From NCBI GenBank assembly GCA_020847775.1, contig JADLBI010000195.1, forward strand, positions 1-37,632: 37,632 nucleotides of DNA, given 5' to 3'. The notes beneath the pieces were generated by a model. It did no database searches. It was not told where the DNA came from and worked only from the letters and a program-made list of their open reading frames with translations. The position numbers and the translations under genes were made by a program. Shown one piece after another: positions 25,581 to 33,728 of this stretch. Source of the stretch: Opitutaceae bacterium. GTDB taxonomy: Bacteria > Verrucomicrobiota > Verrucomicrobiia > Opitutales > Opitutaceae. Each line of letters opens with the position of its first letter. Position 1 is the stretch's first letter.

Positions 25581-28310
25581 TTAGTCCTCGGTTACGACTA
25601 TGCAGTCCTTGGGCACGTCTAAGGGGGGACGAACGCTCTCGACTTCGACCGGGTTACCGCTGGGAAACTCAGCGACATTGTTTTGCACCGATTTACGCTT
25701 GTGCTTGGGCGGAGTGATATCGACAGCCCCAGATAATACGCCCAGTGCGGCTGCGGAAGCATCTCGCCGCGCGCGTTCGAGCAGGATGTCTTCACGCTCA
25801 GCGTTCTCTTTCATGAAGACTGCAATTTGGCGTGCCGTGGGTTTGCGTGACTTCGCGTGATTGGATTTTCGTTTTCTTAGTTCGTCCGCGGCTGCCTTGA
25901 TGGAGCTGACGGAGCTTTGAAGAAACAGATATGCGTTCCGGCACCTACACTCGCGCCATTTGCCATCAACAAAAGCGTAAGCGATGGAGATGTTGTCGGG
26001 ATCATATAGCACGCTTACCTTAGTGCCGTGAATTCTCGGAGAGACGAAATTGTCGCACCAGTAGTCGAGATAGTTTAGATGAATGCCTTTTTGGCTATGC
26101 ACCTTCGCCGTGCCCGATTGATTGGTGGGCAGCGTAAGAGTCTCGAAAGTGGTGTTATACGGTATCAGGGTGTGATTACGCTCGCCGCCCAATAGCATAC
26201 CCTTGTGGTAGGCATCACGAGGGGTGAGAGTATGAGCAGGGTGCGGTGTGGTGTCGTAGATCTCGAAGCAGAATTCTGCCAAGGCCACGGTCAATTGTTC
26301 GAGGGTCCAGATTGCACTCTTTTTTGGGTCGAACGATTTTGTGACCAAGCGCGCATTTTTCATGTGCTTGGTGTTGCCAATTAAATTGAGGATGAACTCA
26401 GAGTTAATTGTGCCAAATAAGCGTTCGCATACCGATCCGAAACGAGGATTTCCCGAGGGACGCGACTTCTTGTGAATTGAAAAGTTCGCAAGAAGGGACT
26501 CAAAGTAGGTGCTCTCGAACTCCTTTCCGTTGTCGACGACGATGGTTTGTGGCAACCGGTTGTGACGCCGAACACAGTCTCTAATTATTCGCATGCACGA
26601 CAGGGTGCTAGGATTCGAGAAGGAGACCGATATGGCGAGAATGCGCCGCGTGAAGGCGTCTACCATCAGTGTGAACCAAGGACGGCCCAAATTCATACCG
26701 GTTTCCGAGCAGACTAGCTCGATGTCTAGCTGAGTGTGATCGATGTGGACGACTTCCCAGGGCCGATCCCCGTGGACCGCAGTGGTGGTATCCAAAAAGA
26801 AAATAAACTTGCGAAGCTTTTTAGCCGAACGTGGACCGAGTGTCTTGCCCACACGTTCAACGATGGGGCGGGATTTAGCGCATCGCCGGAATGCTTTTAG
26901 GCTTGGGCAGTCAAAGCCCTTGGCTTCGCAGGCGAGACGCAACTGACCGTAAACGTGCGTCGAACTCGGGCTTTTCTTTGATTCAAGCTGCGTGGTGATC
27001 ATTTTCATCATCAGCTCATACACTTCGGTATCGAGTTTGGGTTCGGTGTTCCCGGATCGTGGTTTGGGTATCAAGCCGATGAAACCATTGCCATATTGCT
27101 CATAGCACTTCCGGTAGTTTTTGAGCCAGCGTCGCTCGGTTCTTTCTAGGCGACGAAGTTTCTGTCCGCGTCGCTGGGAGAGATATGGTTGAATTATCTG
27201 CCAGCGATTGACGGCGATTTGCTTCGCAGTAGTACTCGCCTCCGCTAGTCGCTGTTCGATTTCTAGCGTGGTGGCATCCGGTGGGGAGAACCCGACAATA
27301 CTCCCTTCTGCGGTAAGCCGTTCGAAATCTACACGCTTGTAATGCGAGCGCTCGGTCGTGTCATCAGAACGCAATGCTACAATCTGTGTGTCTGCGTCGA
27401 CAATGGTATGGACTGCACCATTGATGACGACTTTCGCGGTAGGCGCGATGTGGACGGCCTGTAACCGGGCATTAGTTCGGGGACCGATTAGGCGGGAGGC
27501 TTCATGAATCTGAGACATCTCCGAGTCCGAGAAGACGAGTAGCTTGTGGGGCTGAATTAAGAGATATTTGGTTAGGTCGGCATAGATAGTGCCCTGCGCG
27601 ATGAAGAAGTAGAGGTCATCGGGGGTCACCTTGTTCTCAAGTTGGCGTAGCAATTCGGCGAGCGGCGCACCTTGATTCTTGCTCACGGCGGTCAAAACAA
27701 TGTCCGTGGTCTTTGCGTCTGGCTGTGGATAGGATCGTCGAAAATAGTCATCTAGGAAGGTAAGGTTCCGAACGAGGAACCTCTTGGACTGGTCGACGCG
27801 TGTGCGAATTTCATATGTTAGCCCGAGCTTGAGCGCTGCATCGATAGCTGGCGGGCAAGACCAAGAACCATCGTCAGCACGGACGTAGCGATGCGGCATC
27901 TTCTGCGAGAGCTCTCGCAGCTTCTCCTCGGTTTTACATTCTACCCAACCGGCACCGGAATCGGTAATGCGGAAAAGGTCAGGAGTGTGGAGACAACCAG
28001 TAGTTTTGCCTGAGCGATCCGGGTAGGTGAGTTTTAGTTGACCAGTCTGGGAATAGTATTCGCCGACCGTCGGATCGTATTCGAATTCTATTATGGTTGG
28101 AAATTCGTTAGTATGGCTCTCAAAATGTATGGCGATGCCCATCTTAGTGCTTGAGTAGAAGCCCTTAACGTTATTTCTGCCATTAGGACGGCGGCTAGGA
28201 TTTTGCTCACGCAAGCGTCGAATGGCTGCGATTGTTTTGGGGCGTAGATTGTTTCTAGCAGCCCAGACCATGAAGGTTTTTTCGGATGGGAAGTAGCGTG
28301 TAGTTTTCAT
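25581..28310 (-). CDS. tnsAB: Fused TnsA endonuclease - TnsB DDE transposase
   Basis: N-terminal TnsA motifs (YSSTKMG..FES..E, YYSQ, HTPDLF..VECK). DDE core HIDHTQLD, RPWFTLMVDAFTR, VDNGKEF, CERLFGT. Mu-like C-terminus YDPDNIS. Start at ATG 28310 (or 28331). Confidence 0.93.
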   Translation of the reverse strand: MKTTRYFPSEKTFMVWAARNNLRPKTIAAIRRLREQNPSRRPNGRNNVKGFYSSTKMGIAIHFESHTNEFPTIIEFEYDPTVGEYYSQTGQLKLTYPDRSGKTTGCLHTPDLFRITDSGAGWVECKTEEKLRELSQKMPHRYVRADDGSWSCPPAIDAALKLGLTYEIRTRVDQSKRFLVRNLTFLDDYFRRSYPQPDAKTTDIVLTAVSKNQGAPLAELLRQLENKVTPDDLYFFIAQGTIYADLTKYLLIQPHKLLVFSDSEMSQIHEASRLIGPRTNARLQAVHIAPTAKVVINGAVHTIVDADTQIVALRSDDTTERSHYKRVDFERLTAEGSIVGFSPPDATTLEIEQRLAEASTTAKQIAVNRWQIIQPYLSQRRGQKLRRLERTERRWLKNYRKCYEQYGNGFIGLIPKPRSGNTEPKLDTEVYELMMKMITTQLESKKSPSSTHVYGQLRLACEAKGFDCPSLKAFRRCAKSRPIVERVGKTLGPRSAKKLRKFIFFLDTTTAVHGDRPWEVVHIDHTQLDIELVCSETGMNLGRPWFTLMVDAFTRRILAISVSFSNPSTLSCMRIIRDCVRRHNRLPQTIVVDNGKEFESTYFESLLANFSIHKKSRPSGNPRFGSVCERLFGTINSEFILNLIGNTKHMKNARLVTKSFDPKKSAIWTLEQLTVALAEFCFEIYDTTPHPAHTLTPRDAYHKGMLLGGERNHTLIPYNTTFETLTLPTNQSGTAKVHSQKGIHLNYLDYWCDNFVSPRIHGTKVSVLYDPDNISIAYAFVDGKWRECRCRNAYLFLQSSVSSIKAAADELRKRKSNHAKSRKPTARQIAVFMKENAEREDILLERARRDASAAALGVLSGAVDITPPKHKRKSVQNNVAEFPSGNPVEVESVRPPLDVPKDCIVVTED

Positions 28311-28465
28311 GCATTGATTGTGTTCAAGCACTGTTACAGATCGCGGGGTTATCGGGCGGGTTGTGTCAAAAGGGGGTGAGCCGCAATGGGTGGAAAATTA
28401 CCTTAAAGGGCAGCGGGGTGTTTGTTGTTGTTGCGATATTTGACATTTGGGCCTGTATCGACCTC

Positions 28466-29008
28466 ATGGTTTCCGAACAGCCGAGAGAGGTGGAGGTGTC
28501 TAGTGTCGCCGCGACAATTCAGGGGATTTTGGAGGATCGCGGGAGAATCGATTTCATGACGGTTGCACGAGCGATGGTGCTCCAGGCCCATCAGAAAGGT
28601 GAAGAAGCATCACGAGTGTTGGCGGATCAGTTAGGTATTTCGAGGCAGACTCGCCACAACTGGCTGAAAGTAACGAGTATTGCGGAGTGGCACCGAATCT
28701 GGGCCGAACGTTTAGTGGCTGCTCGCGCTAGAGGGGCGCCACCAAGTTTGGTTAGACGAAAGCTTAGTGACTCGGACTGGCGATGGATCGCTGGTGTGCT
28801 GGCAAGCTGCGGGGCATCGACATGGGATAAGAAGCGAGCAGCGGTCGCGCGAGAGGCCGTACGGGAAAACAGTGGAATGGCGCACTTGCGCGGCATTCAT
28901 CGAGTAACCCTCTTCCGAAATCGAGGACGGCTGGCTATGCTGGGCGAGGAACTGCGAAGTTCGCGTATGACATTCTCGCTGGGTCAGCCAAACAGGCCGC
29001 TAGTCTGA
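28466..29008 (+). CDS. Hypothetical HTH-containing protein divergent from tnsAB
   Basis: LADQLGISRQTRHNWL HTH-like segment; start uncertain (28361 or 28466). Confidence 0.5.
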   Translation: MVSEQPREVEVSSVAATIQGILEDRGRIDFMTVARAMVLQAHQKGEEASRVLADQLGISRQTRHNWLKVTSIAEWHRIWAERLVAARARGAPPSLVRRKLSDSDWRWIAGVLASCGASTWDKKRAAVAREAVRENSGMAHLRGIHRVTLFRNRGRLAMLGEELRSSRMTFSLGQPNRPLV

Positions 29009-29168
29009 TCCTGAGGTGCTCAGGCTGGTGATGTTGAGGTCAAGTTAGCTAGCAATGTGCACTCCTTGGGGTTGCTAATCTTGCGATTTGAAAAGCCCTT
29101 TGAGGTTAGTTTCGGGGTGGATCTAGGAGAGCGCGATTATCTCTACAGATTAAACTAATTCTTAGTCG

Positions 29169-29236
29169 AATGTGAGATAACTGCACATTTACGACGAAAT
29201 CTTAGGTTACTGTCAATGTGCAAAAATCGCACATTG
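29169..29236. promoter_or_regulatory. Two operator-like palindromes upstream of the xre gene
   Basis: AATGTGA-N7-GCACATT (29169-29189) and CAATGTGC-N7-GCACATTG (29214-29236), immediately before GTG 29237. Confidence 0.7.
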
Positions 29237-29485
29237 GTGAAAACAAAGCGCCGTAAATCTCAGAAAAATGTAGTTGGGGCAGAAATTCGAAGACTGAGAT
29301 TAGCTGCTAGGCCGCGAGTAACACAGGAAGATCTAGTAGCGCGACTTGAGATTCGCGGGCTTCGAATGGACCGTACTACGCTGCTTCGAATCGAGTGCGG
29401 CAACAGAAAGGTTACAGACGTCGAAATGCTAGCGATTGCCGCTGCATTGAAGGTGCCTGTAGCCAGTTTATTTCCCTCACGATAG
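29237..29485 (+). CDS. XRE-family HTH transcriptional regulator
   Basis: NVVGAEIRRLR...TQEDLVARL...DRTTLLRIECGNRKVTD.EMLAIAAALKVPVASLF. Confidence 0.9.
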   Translation: MKTKRRKSQKNVVGAEIRRLRLAARPRVTQEDLVARLEIRGLRMDRTTLLRIECGNRKVTDVEMLAIAAALKVPVASLFPSR

Positions 29486-29501
29486 GGGGCTTGTGAAACG
29501 C

Positions 29502-29575
29502 GGACGCATCAGCTGGCCAAATCGTATCTGGACGCATCAAGTGGCCTTTACGGCCAATTGATGGGTAGCTCGACA
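29502..29575. repeat. Candidate transposon end: 17-bp repeats plus terminal ACA/TGT
   Basis: GGACGCATCAGCTGGCC (29502-29518), GGACGCATCAAGTGGCC (29530-29546), an inverted 13/17 copy (29552-29568), and ACA at 29573-29575. Confidence 0.55.
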
Positions 29576-29602
29576 ATAACGCCACTAAAAGCTCAGGTGA
29601 AA

Positions 29603-29898
29603 TGGTGGGCCCACTGGGATTCGAACCCAGAACCAAAGGATTATGCTTACCACTTCAGCTTTCGCCGCCGGCTGAAAGCCGTGCGTGGTCTGGACCATGC
29701 CTTCACCATCCCGTTGCCGGCTTAGGTGGGTGATTATGGCCTCTACACCTTACCGCGCTTTCGCGCGGGCTTGGCTCGGCGTTGGGTCGCTCGCGTTGCG
29801 CGAACAGGCCGTCCACCGAATTTACACCTGACTAGCGCCGGGTTTCCCCGGCGCCGACCCGTGAAAGTCCTCTGCTCTAACCGTTGAGCTATAGGCCC
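29603..29898 (-). tRNA. ileX: tRNA-Ile2 (CAU), intron-containing; exons 29898-29866 and 29645-29603
   Basis: The spliced 76-mer GGGCCTATAGCTCAACGGTTAGAGCAGAGGACT^CATAATCCTTTGGTTCTGGGTTCGAATCCCAGTGGGCCCACCA folds as a full cloverleaf with encoded CCA. G1-C72, C4-G69, C5-G68, loop CUCAUAA and A73 fit Ile2 rather than fMet/Met. Confidence 0.9.
29646..29865 (-). ncRNA. Group I self-splicing intron (IC3/Azoarcus-like), 220 nt, no ORF
   Basis: 5' exon ends in U and pairs with IGS (GACU/GGUC, U.G wobble); intron ends in G. Core blocks AAATTCGG, CAACGCCGAGCCAAGC, AAGGTGTAGAG-GCCA, CACCCACCTAAG, ATGGTGAAGGCATGGTCCAG; P7 GGCCA/TGGTC. Confidence 0.92.
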
Positions 29899-29985
29899 TA
29901 AAAAGAACGGTTGGACGCTGCATGGCGGGCGTGTGGGCTGCAAGCCCTGCTTCATGGGGCATCCATTGATGACTAATTCCAACGG

Positions 29986-30091
29986 CCCTAATCTTTTGGA
30001 CTATGCCATAGAAGTAATGGTAGGGACGGTTATCCTTAACCGTCCTTGGGAGCGGCCGCGAACTGGGCGGCTGGGGACAACCGCCCCCTGC
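29986..30091. repeat. REP doublet (REPIN-like), copy 1
   Basis: GTAG-GGACGGTT-atcctt-AACCGTCC followed by an inverted GGGCGG..CCGCCC unit. Shares the leader CCCTAATCTTTTGGACTA with copy 2. Confidence 0.75.
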
Positions 30092-30162
30092 TGAGCTTCG
30101 AGGGACGACACCCATGCGCGATTTGCCGGATTTGGCGATCGCGCGGGCCAGTGCCGGATGCG

Positions 30163-31149
30163 TCAAGCCTTGGGCGGCGGGTTGAACAGCGCTTCGTAGG
30201 CGCAGGTGATGGCCGCGAACGCCAGGGGCAGGGTAAAGACGATGCCGACGACGAGACCGAAAAAGCCCAGCATCGCGAGAATGCCACCCATCAGCAAAAT
30301 GAAGAACACGCGGAACCATTGTTTCGAGACCACGCGGCGGCACAACTCCATCGCGGTCCACGGGCCGAGGCGTTGGTCCACGACGAGCGCGTAAACAAAC
30401 GCCCAGGCGATCGACAGATAAAACACGATCAGGCCGCCCACGCAGCAGCCGGCGAGCGCGAGCGGGGTGAGCGGCGGAATCTCCGGCTCCACGCCGGTGC
30501 GCCCGGCTTCGAGCCCCGCCTGGACGATGGCAATGAACGCCGGCCCGGCAAAGAGCATCATGATCCCGACCAGCAGCAAAGTCGTGAGCAGGCTGCCAAC
30601 CATGAGCGAGGTGGAGGCGCGGGAGAAGCCGGCGAACGCGTCACCAATGTCCCGCGGTTCACCGCGGAGTTTACCGAGGTAATAGTAATAGAGCCCGCCG
30701 TAAAACACGCCGTTGAGGACCAGCCCCGCGAGGCTGCCGATGATGGGGATGAACCCGAGCGCCAATTGGATGGCGAGGACGAGTAGCGTGACGCCGACGA
30801 GCGGCAGCAGATTTTTCTTCCACAGGTTAAAAGCGGCGTCGAGGCAGGCGAAGATGTCGATTTTCCCCGAGCGCGCGAACAGGTCTGCCGCGTGGGATGT
30901 GATGTCGGGGAGGGTTGCGGCGGCGACTGGCGCCGAGGCCGCGGCGGGGGCTGTGGTCTCGAGGGGCGGGGGCTCGGCGGCGGCGACCTCGTTGAACTCG
31001 GGAAATTCACCCAAACGTCGCCATTGATCTTCGCCCGCGCGGCGAGCTTGCGTGTCGAGGTTGGCGCGGCCGTCGCCGATCCAAGCGCGGATTTGTGCGG
31101 CCGGGGCCGGGCCGTATTCTTTGCCATCACCGCCGATGATCGTGAACAT
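30163..31149 (-). CDS. GYF_2 (DUF4339) domain membrane protein
   Basis: MFTIIGGDGKEYGP...IRAWI..GR......W, Pro/Ala linker, multi-TM C-terminal domain. Start at ATG 31149. Confidence 0.85.
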   Translation of the reverse strand: MFTIIGGDGKEYGPAPAAQIRAWIGDGRANLDTQARRAGEDQWRRLGEFPEFNEVAAAEPPPLETTAPAAASAPVAAATLPDITSHAADLFARSGKIDIFACLDAAFNLWKKNLLPLVGVTLLVLAIQLALGFIPIIGSLAGLVLNGVFYGGLYYYYLGKLRGEPRDIGDAFAGFSRASTSLMVGSLLTTLLLVGIMMLFAGPAFIAIVQAGLEAGRTGVEPEIPPLTPLALAGCCVGGLIVFYLSIAWAFVYALVVDQRLGPWTAMELCRRVVSKQWFRVFFILLMGGILAMLGFFGLVVGIVFTLPLAFAAITCAYEALFNPPPKA

Positions 31150-31224
31150 GCAGCGAGAAAACGCGGGCGGACCGCGCAGGTCAACGCCCGGCTGGAGCGT
31201 GTCTGCAAACGGTAAGACCAAAAT

Positions 31225-31318
31225 CCCTAATCTTTTGGACTAGGCCATGGAAGCAGGGACGGTTATCCTTAACCGTCCCTTGGGAGCGAACCGGGCGGTT
31301 GGGGGCAACCGCCCCTAC
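31225..31318. repeat. REP doublet (REPIN-like), copy 2
   Basis: GCAG-GGACGGTT-atcctt-AACCGTCC ... GGGCGGTT-gggggc-AACCGCCC-CTAC. Confidence 0.75.
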
Positions 31319-31474
31319 TCAAATGACCCAATCAAAATCTATATTCTAAGGGCAATTGGTATAAGACCCAGCGTCATTGCCGTATCATCGCGGCAAACCA
31401 TCACAAAGGCGCATCGATGACGCCTCGCTGACAAATTTTTTGTGCTTTGTGGCTATGGTTCGATTGAAAACGCC

Positions 31475-32551
31475 CTAGGGCTCCATCTTCCATTTGGCGC
31501 GGGCGCGGGCGGCTTGGGTGAGCTTCTTCCATGACCGCCGCGCGGCGCGGTCGAGCACGGCGTCGGCCTTGCGCGCGGCGTAGGCCTGCTCGCGTTGGAG
31601 TTTTTGGTAGCTTTGCCAACGGGCCGCATCGAGTTCGCCGCTTTCCAACGCGGCCTCGATCGCGCAGCCGGGTTCGCCGTGGTGCTGGCAATCGTGAAAA
31701 CGGCAGCGGGCGGCGAGCGGCCCGATGTCGGCGAAAGTTTCGTCCACCGCGGCGGCGTCGCTTTGCCAGAACTGGATTTCGCGCAGGCCGGGCGTGTCGA
31801 TCACCAGCGCGCCGGAGGGCGCGACGAGAAGCTCGCGACGCGTCGTGGTGTGACGGCCCTTGTAGTTGGCGTTGCTGATGTCGGAGACGAGTTGCGCATC
31901 GGCCCCGAGCAGGCGGTTGGTGAGCGTGGATTTGCCGACGCCGGAGGAGCCGAGCAGCGCGATCGTGCGGCCAGGCAGGAGCCATGGCGCCAGTGCGTCG
32001 AGGCCGGTGGCGTCGAGCGCGCTCAAGACCGCGACCGGCACGCCGGGCGCGACCGCGGCGACCTCGGCGCAGGCGGCGGCAGGGTCGGGATGCAGATCGG
32101 CCTTGTTGAGCACGACCACGGGTTCGGCCCCGCTTTCCCACGCGAGCAGCAGGAAGCGTTCGATGCGGCGCAGATTGTAGTTTTGGTCGAGCGACGAAAC
32201 GAGGAACACGGTGTCGAGGTTGGCGGCGACGATTTGCTCCTCGTTGCGCGTGCCGGCGGCGCGGCGGGAAAACCGCGTGCGCCGGGGCAGCACGGTGTGG
32301 ATGTCGCCGCGCGCTTCACCGGGCCGCAGGCGCAGCGCGACCCAATCGCCCACGACGGGTAGATCGGCGGTGGTGGAGGCTTCGTGCAACATGCGGCCGG
32401 TGCACTCGGCGGAAAACAGCCCGGCGGGCGTGAGCACGTCGCACGCGTGTTTGTGCGCGCAGACGACCCGGGCGGGCTGGCAATCAAGGGAAGAGAGGGG
32501 CTGGAAGTCGGCCGCGAGGGCGTCATTCCAGCCGAGCGAGGAGAGAGTCAT
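31475..32551 (-). CDS. rsgA: Ribosome small subunit-dependent GTPase A
   Basis: PVVGDWV, NKAD, GSSGVGKS, GRHTTT, DTPG, CRFHDCQHHGEPGC. Start at ATG 32551. Confidence 0.95.
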   Translation of the reverse strand: MTLSSLGWNDALAADFQPLSSLDCQPARVVCAHKHACDVLTPAGLFSAECTGRMLHEASTTADLPVVGDWVALRLRPGEARGDIHTVLPRRTRFSRRAAGTRNEEQIVAANLDTVFLVSSLDQNYNLRRIERFLLLAWESGAEPVVVLNKADLHPDPAAACAEVAAVAPGVPVAVLSALDATGLDALAPWLLPGRTIALLGSSGVGKSTLTNRLLGADAQLVSDISNANYKGRHTTTRRELLVAPSGALVIDTPGLREIQFWQSDAAAVDETFADIGPLAARCRFHDCQHHGEPGCAIEAALESGELDAARWQSYQKLQREQAYAARKADAVLDRAARRSWKKLTQAARARAKWKMEP

Positions 32552-32627
32552 GGGAAATTTGAAATTGAACAAGAGTCGTGAAAACGCGTCGGCCAACGGG
32601 GGCACGCGGCGGGCCGAAAATCGGCGC

Positions 32628-32655
32628 AAGCAAAAGGCCGCCCGCGGGCGGCCTT
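32628..32655 (-). terminator. Intrinsic terminator in the rsgA leader
   Basis: Minus strand reads AAGGCCGCCC-GC-GGGCGGCCTT-TTGCTT, about 80 nt upstream of the rsgA start. Confidence 0.6.
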
Positions 32656-32683
32656 GGTCTTCGGAAAGAATGGCGCGAGGAGA

Positions 32684-32743
32684 TTACGCGCGACCGGCAG
32701 CCGCCACGGACAGGCAGGGGAGGGCAATGACAGAAGAGGTCAT
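32684..32743 (-). CDS. Putative 19-aa leader peptide MTSSVIALPCLSVAAAGRA
   Basis: Short ATG..TAA ORF just upstream of the leader terminator and rsgA. Confidence 0.4.
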   Translation of the reverse strand: MTSSVIALPCLSVAAAGRA

Positions 32744-32998
32744 GATGGGGTCCGTGGTTAAGGGTGGCCGTTGAGCTTCGACAGAAGCGAACGCCGGGAT
32801 GAATAGGCGGCCTCTCGCGCGGGTCAAGGCTGGGCTTGCGGCGAACCGGGGTTTTGCGCCGAACCGTGCATTTATATTTTAGATGCAAAATATGTCAGAT
32901 GCAAAAGGCTGGAGTTGACTCCGTGCGGTTGAGTAGGGAAATCTCCTTGGGTCAAGCGGCCCGTGGCCGCGTTACGTAAATCACAGCCCCCTAAGCCC

Positions 32999-33601
32999 AT
33001 GAAGCGCCTTCTGTCCCTGATTCTACCCTGCGCCGTCTTGTTTGCCCCCGCGGCTCTGCACGCCACCTCAGCTGCCGATCTGGTTAAGGCCCAGATCGTG
33101 TTAAACCAAATCCTGCAGATCACCTCCAAGTTCAGCACCGTCCAGGTCGCGGACATCACTGCGCCGGTGCCACTGGCCAACGCCAAAGGCAAATATGTGC
33201 TGCCCTATACCCAGACGGGCGCGCTGACGGAATGGGCGACCAAATCGTTAAGCACGCAGCTCGGCGCCGCAGTCGGCGAAAAGGTCGGCGAGGAGGCGGG
33301 TAAACAGTTGGCCGCGCGCGTGCCTTTTGGCGGGCTGGCCTCGGGCTTGGTGAAAAAGAAGGGCAAGGAAATGGGCGCGATGGCGGCGTTGGGCGGCGAG
33401 AAATACGTGCGCAGCACCTCGTCGATGTCCTTCAACAACCTGGATGATTACGCGGTCTATCTACAGGTGAAGCACGGCAACACCTCCGGCTTCAAAGAGG
33501 CGCTGGCCGCCGCCATGGCGATTTATCCCCAGTTGGAGAGCACCTTTGACAGCGCGATTCGAAACGCCTACCAAAAAGCCTACCAAGCCCAGAAAAGATA
33601 A
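32999..33601 (+). CDS. Exported hypothetical protein
   Basis: Signal peptide MKRLLSLILPCAVLFAPAALHA; host-like codon usage. Confidence 0.8.
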   Translation: MKRLLSLILPCAVLFAPAALHATSAADLVKAQIVLNQILQITSKFSTVQVADITAPVPLANAKGKYVLPYTQTGALTEWATKSLSTQLGAAVGEKVGEEAGKQLAARVPFGGLASGLVKKKGKEMGAMAALGGEKYVRSTSSMSFNNLDDYAVYLQVKHGNTSGFKEALAAAMAIYPQLESTFDSAIRNAYQKAYQAQKR

Positions 33602-33728
33602 CCGGCCGGCCGGCGCGCTCCGACCTGTTTAGGGTGGACCACCGAGCACCCGGTATTATCAACCCCCTCACTATCCTCGCCAAGGTCGGCGTGTTTATAT
33701 TCACCAGAACCCTTTGACTCGAACCCAC

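Larger units (their letters stand above)
1..29575. mobile_element. Tn7-like transposon/genomic island (TnsAB-TnsC-TniQ) inserted downstream of tRNA-Ile2; left end outside the window
   Basis: tns operon at 23106-28310. Candidate terminal TGT (minus strand, 29575) with 17-bp repeats about 27 bp from the tRNA CCA. Defence and metal cargo. Visibly lower GC than the DNA right of the tRNA. Confidence 0.75.

Noticed and set aside
29603-29898. tRNA-Met/fMet assignment, or a tRNA fragment acting as attR
   Set aside because: Paired G1-C72 and the lack of three consecutive G-C pairs in the anticodon stem exclude fMet, and the determinants fit Ile2. Both halves are present and joined by an intron, so it is not a fragment.
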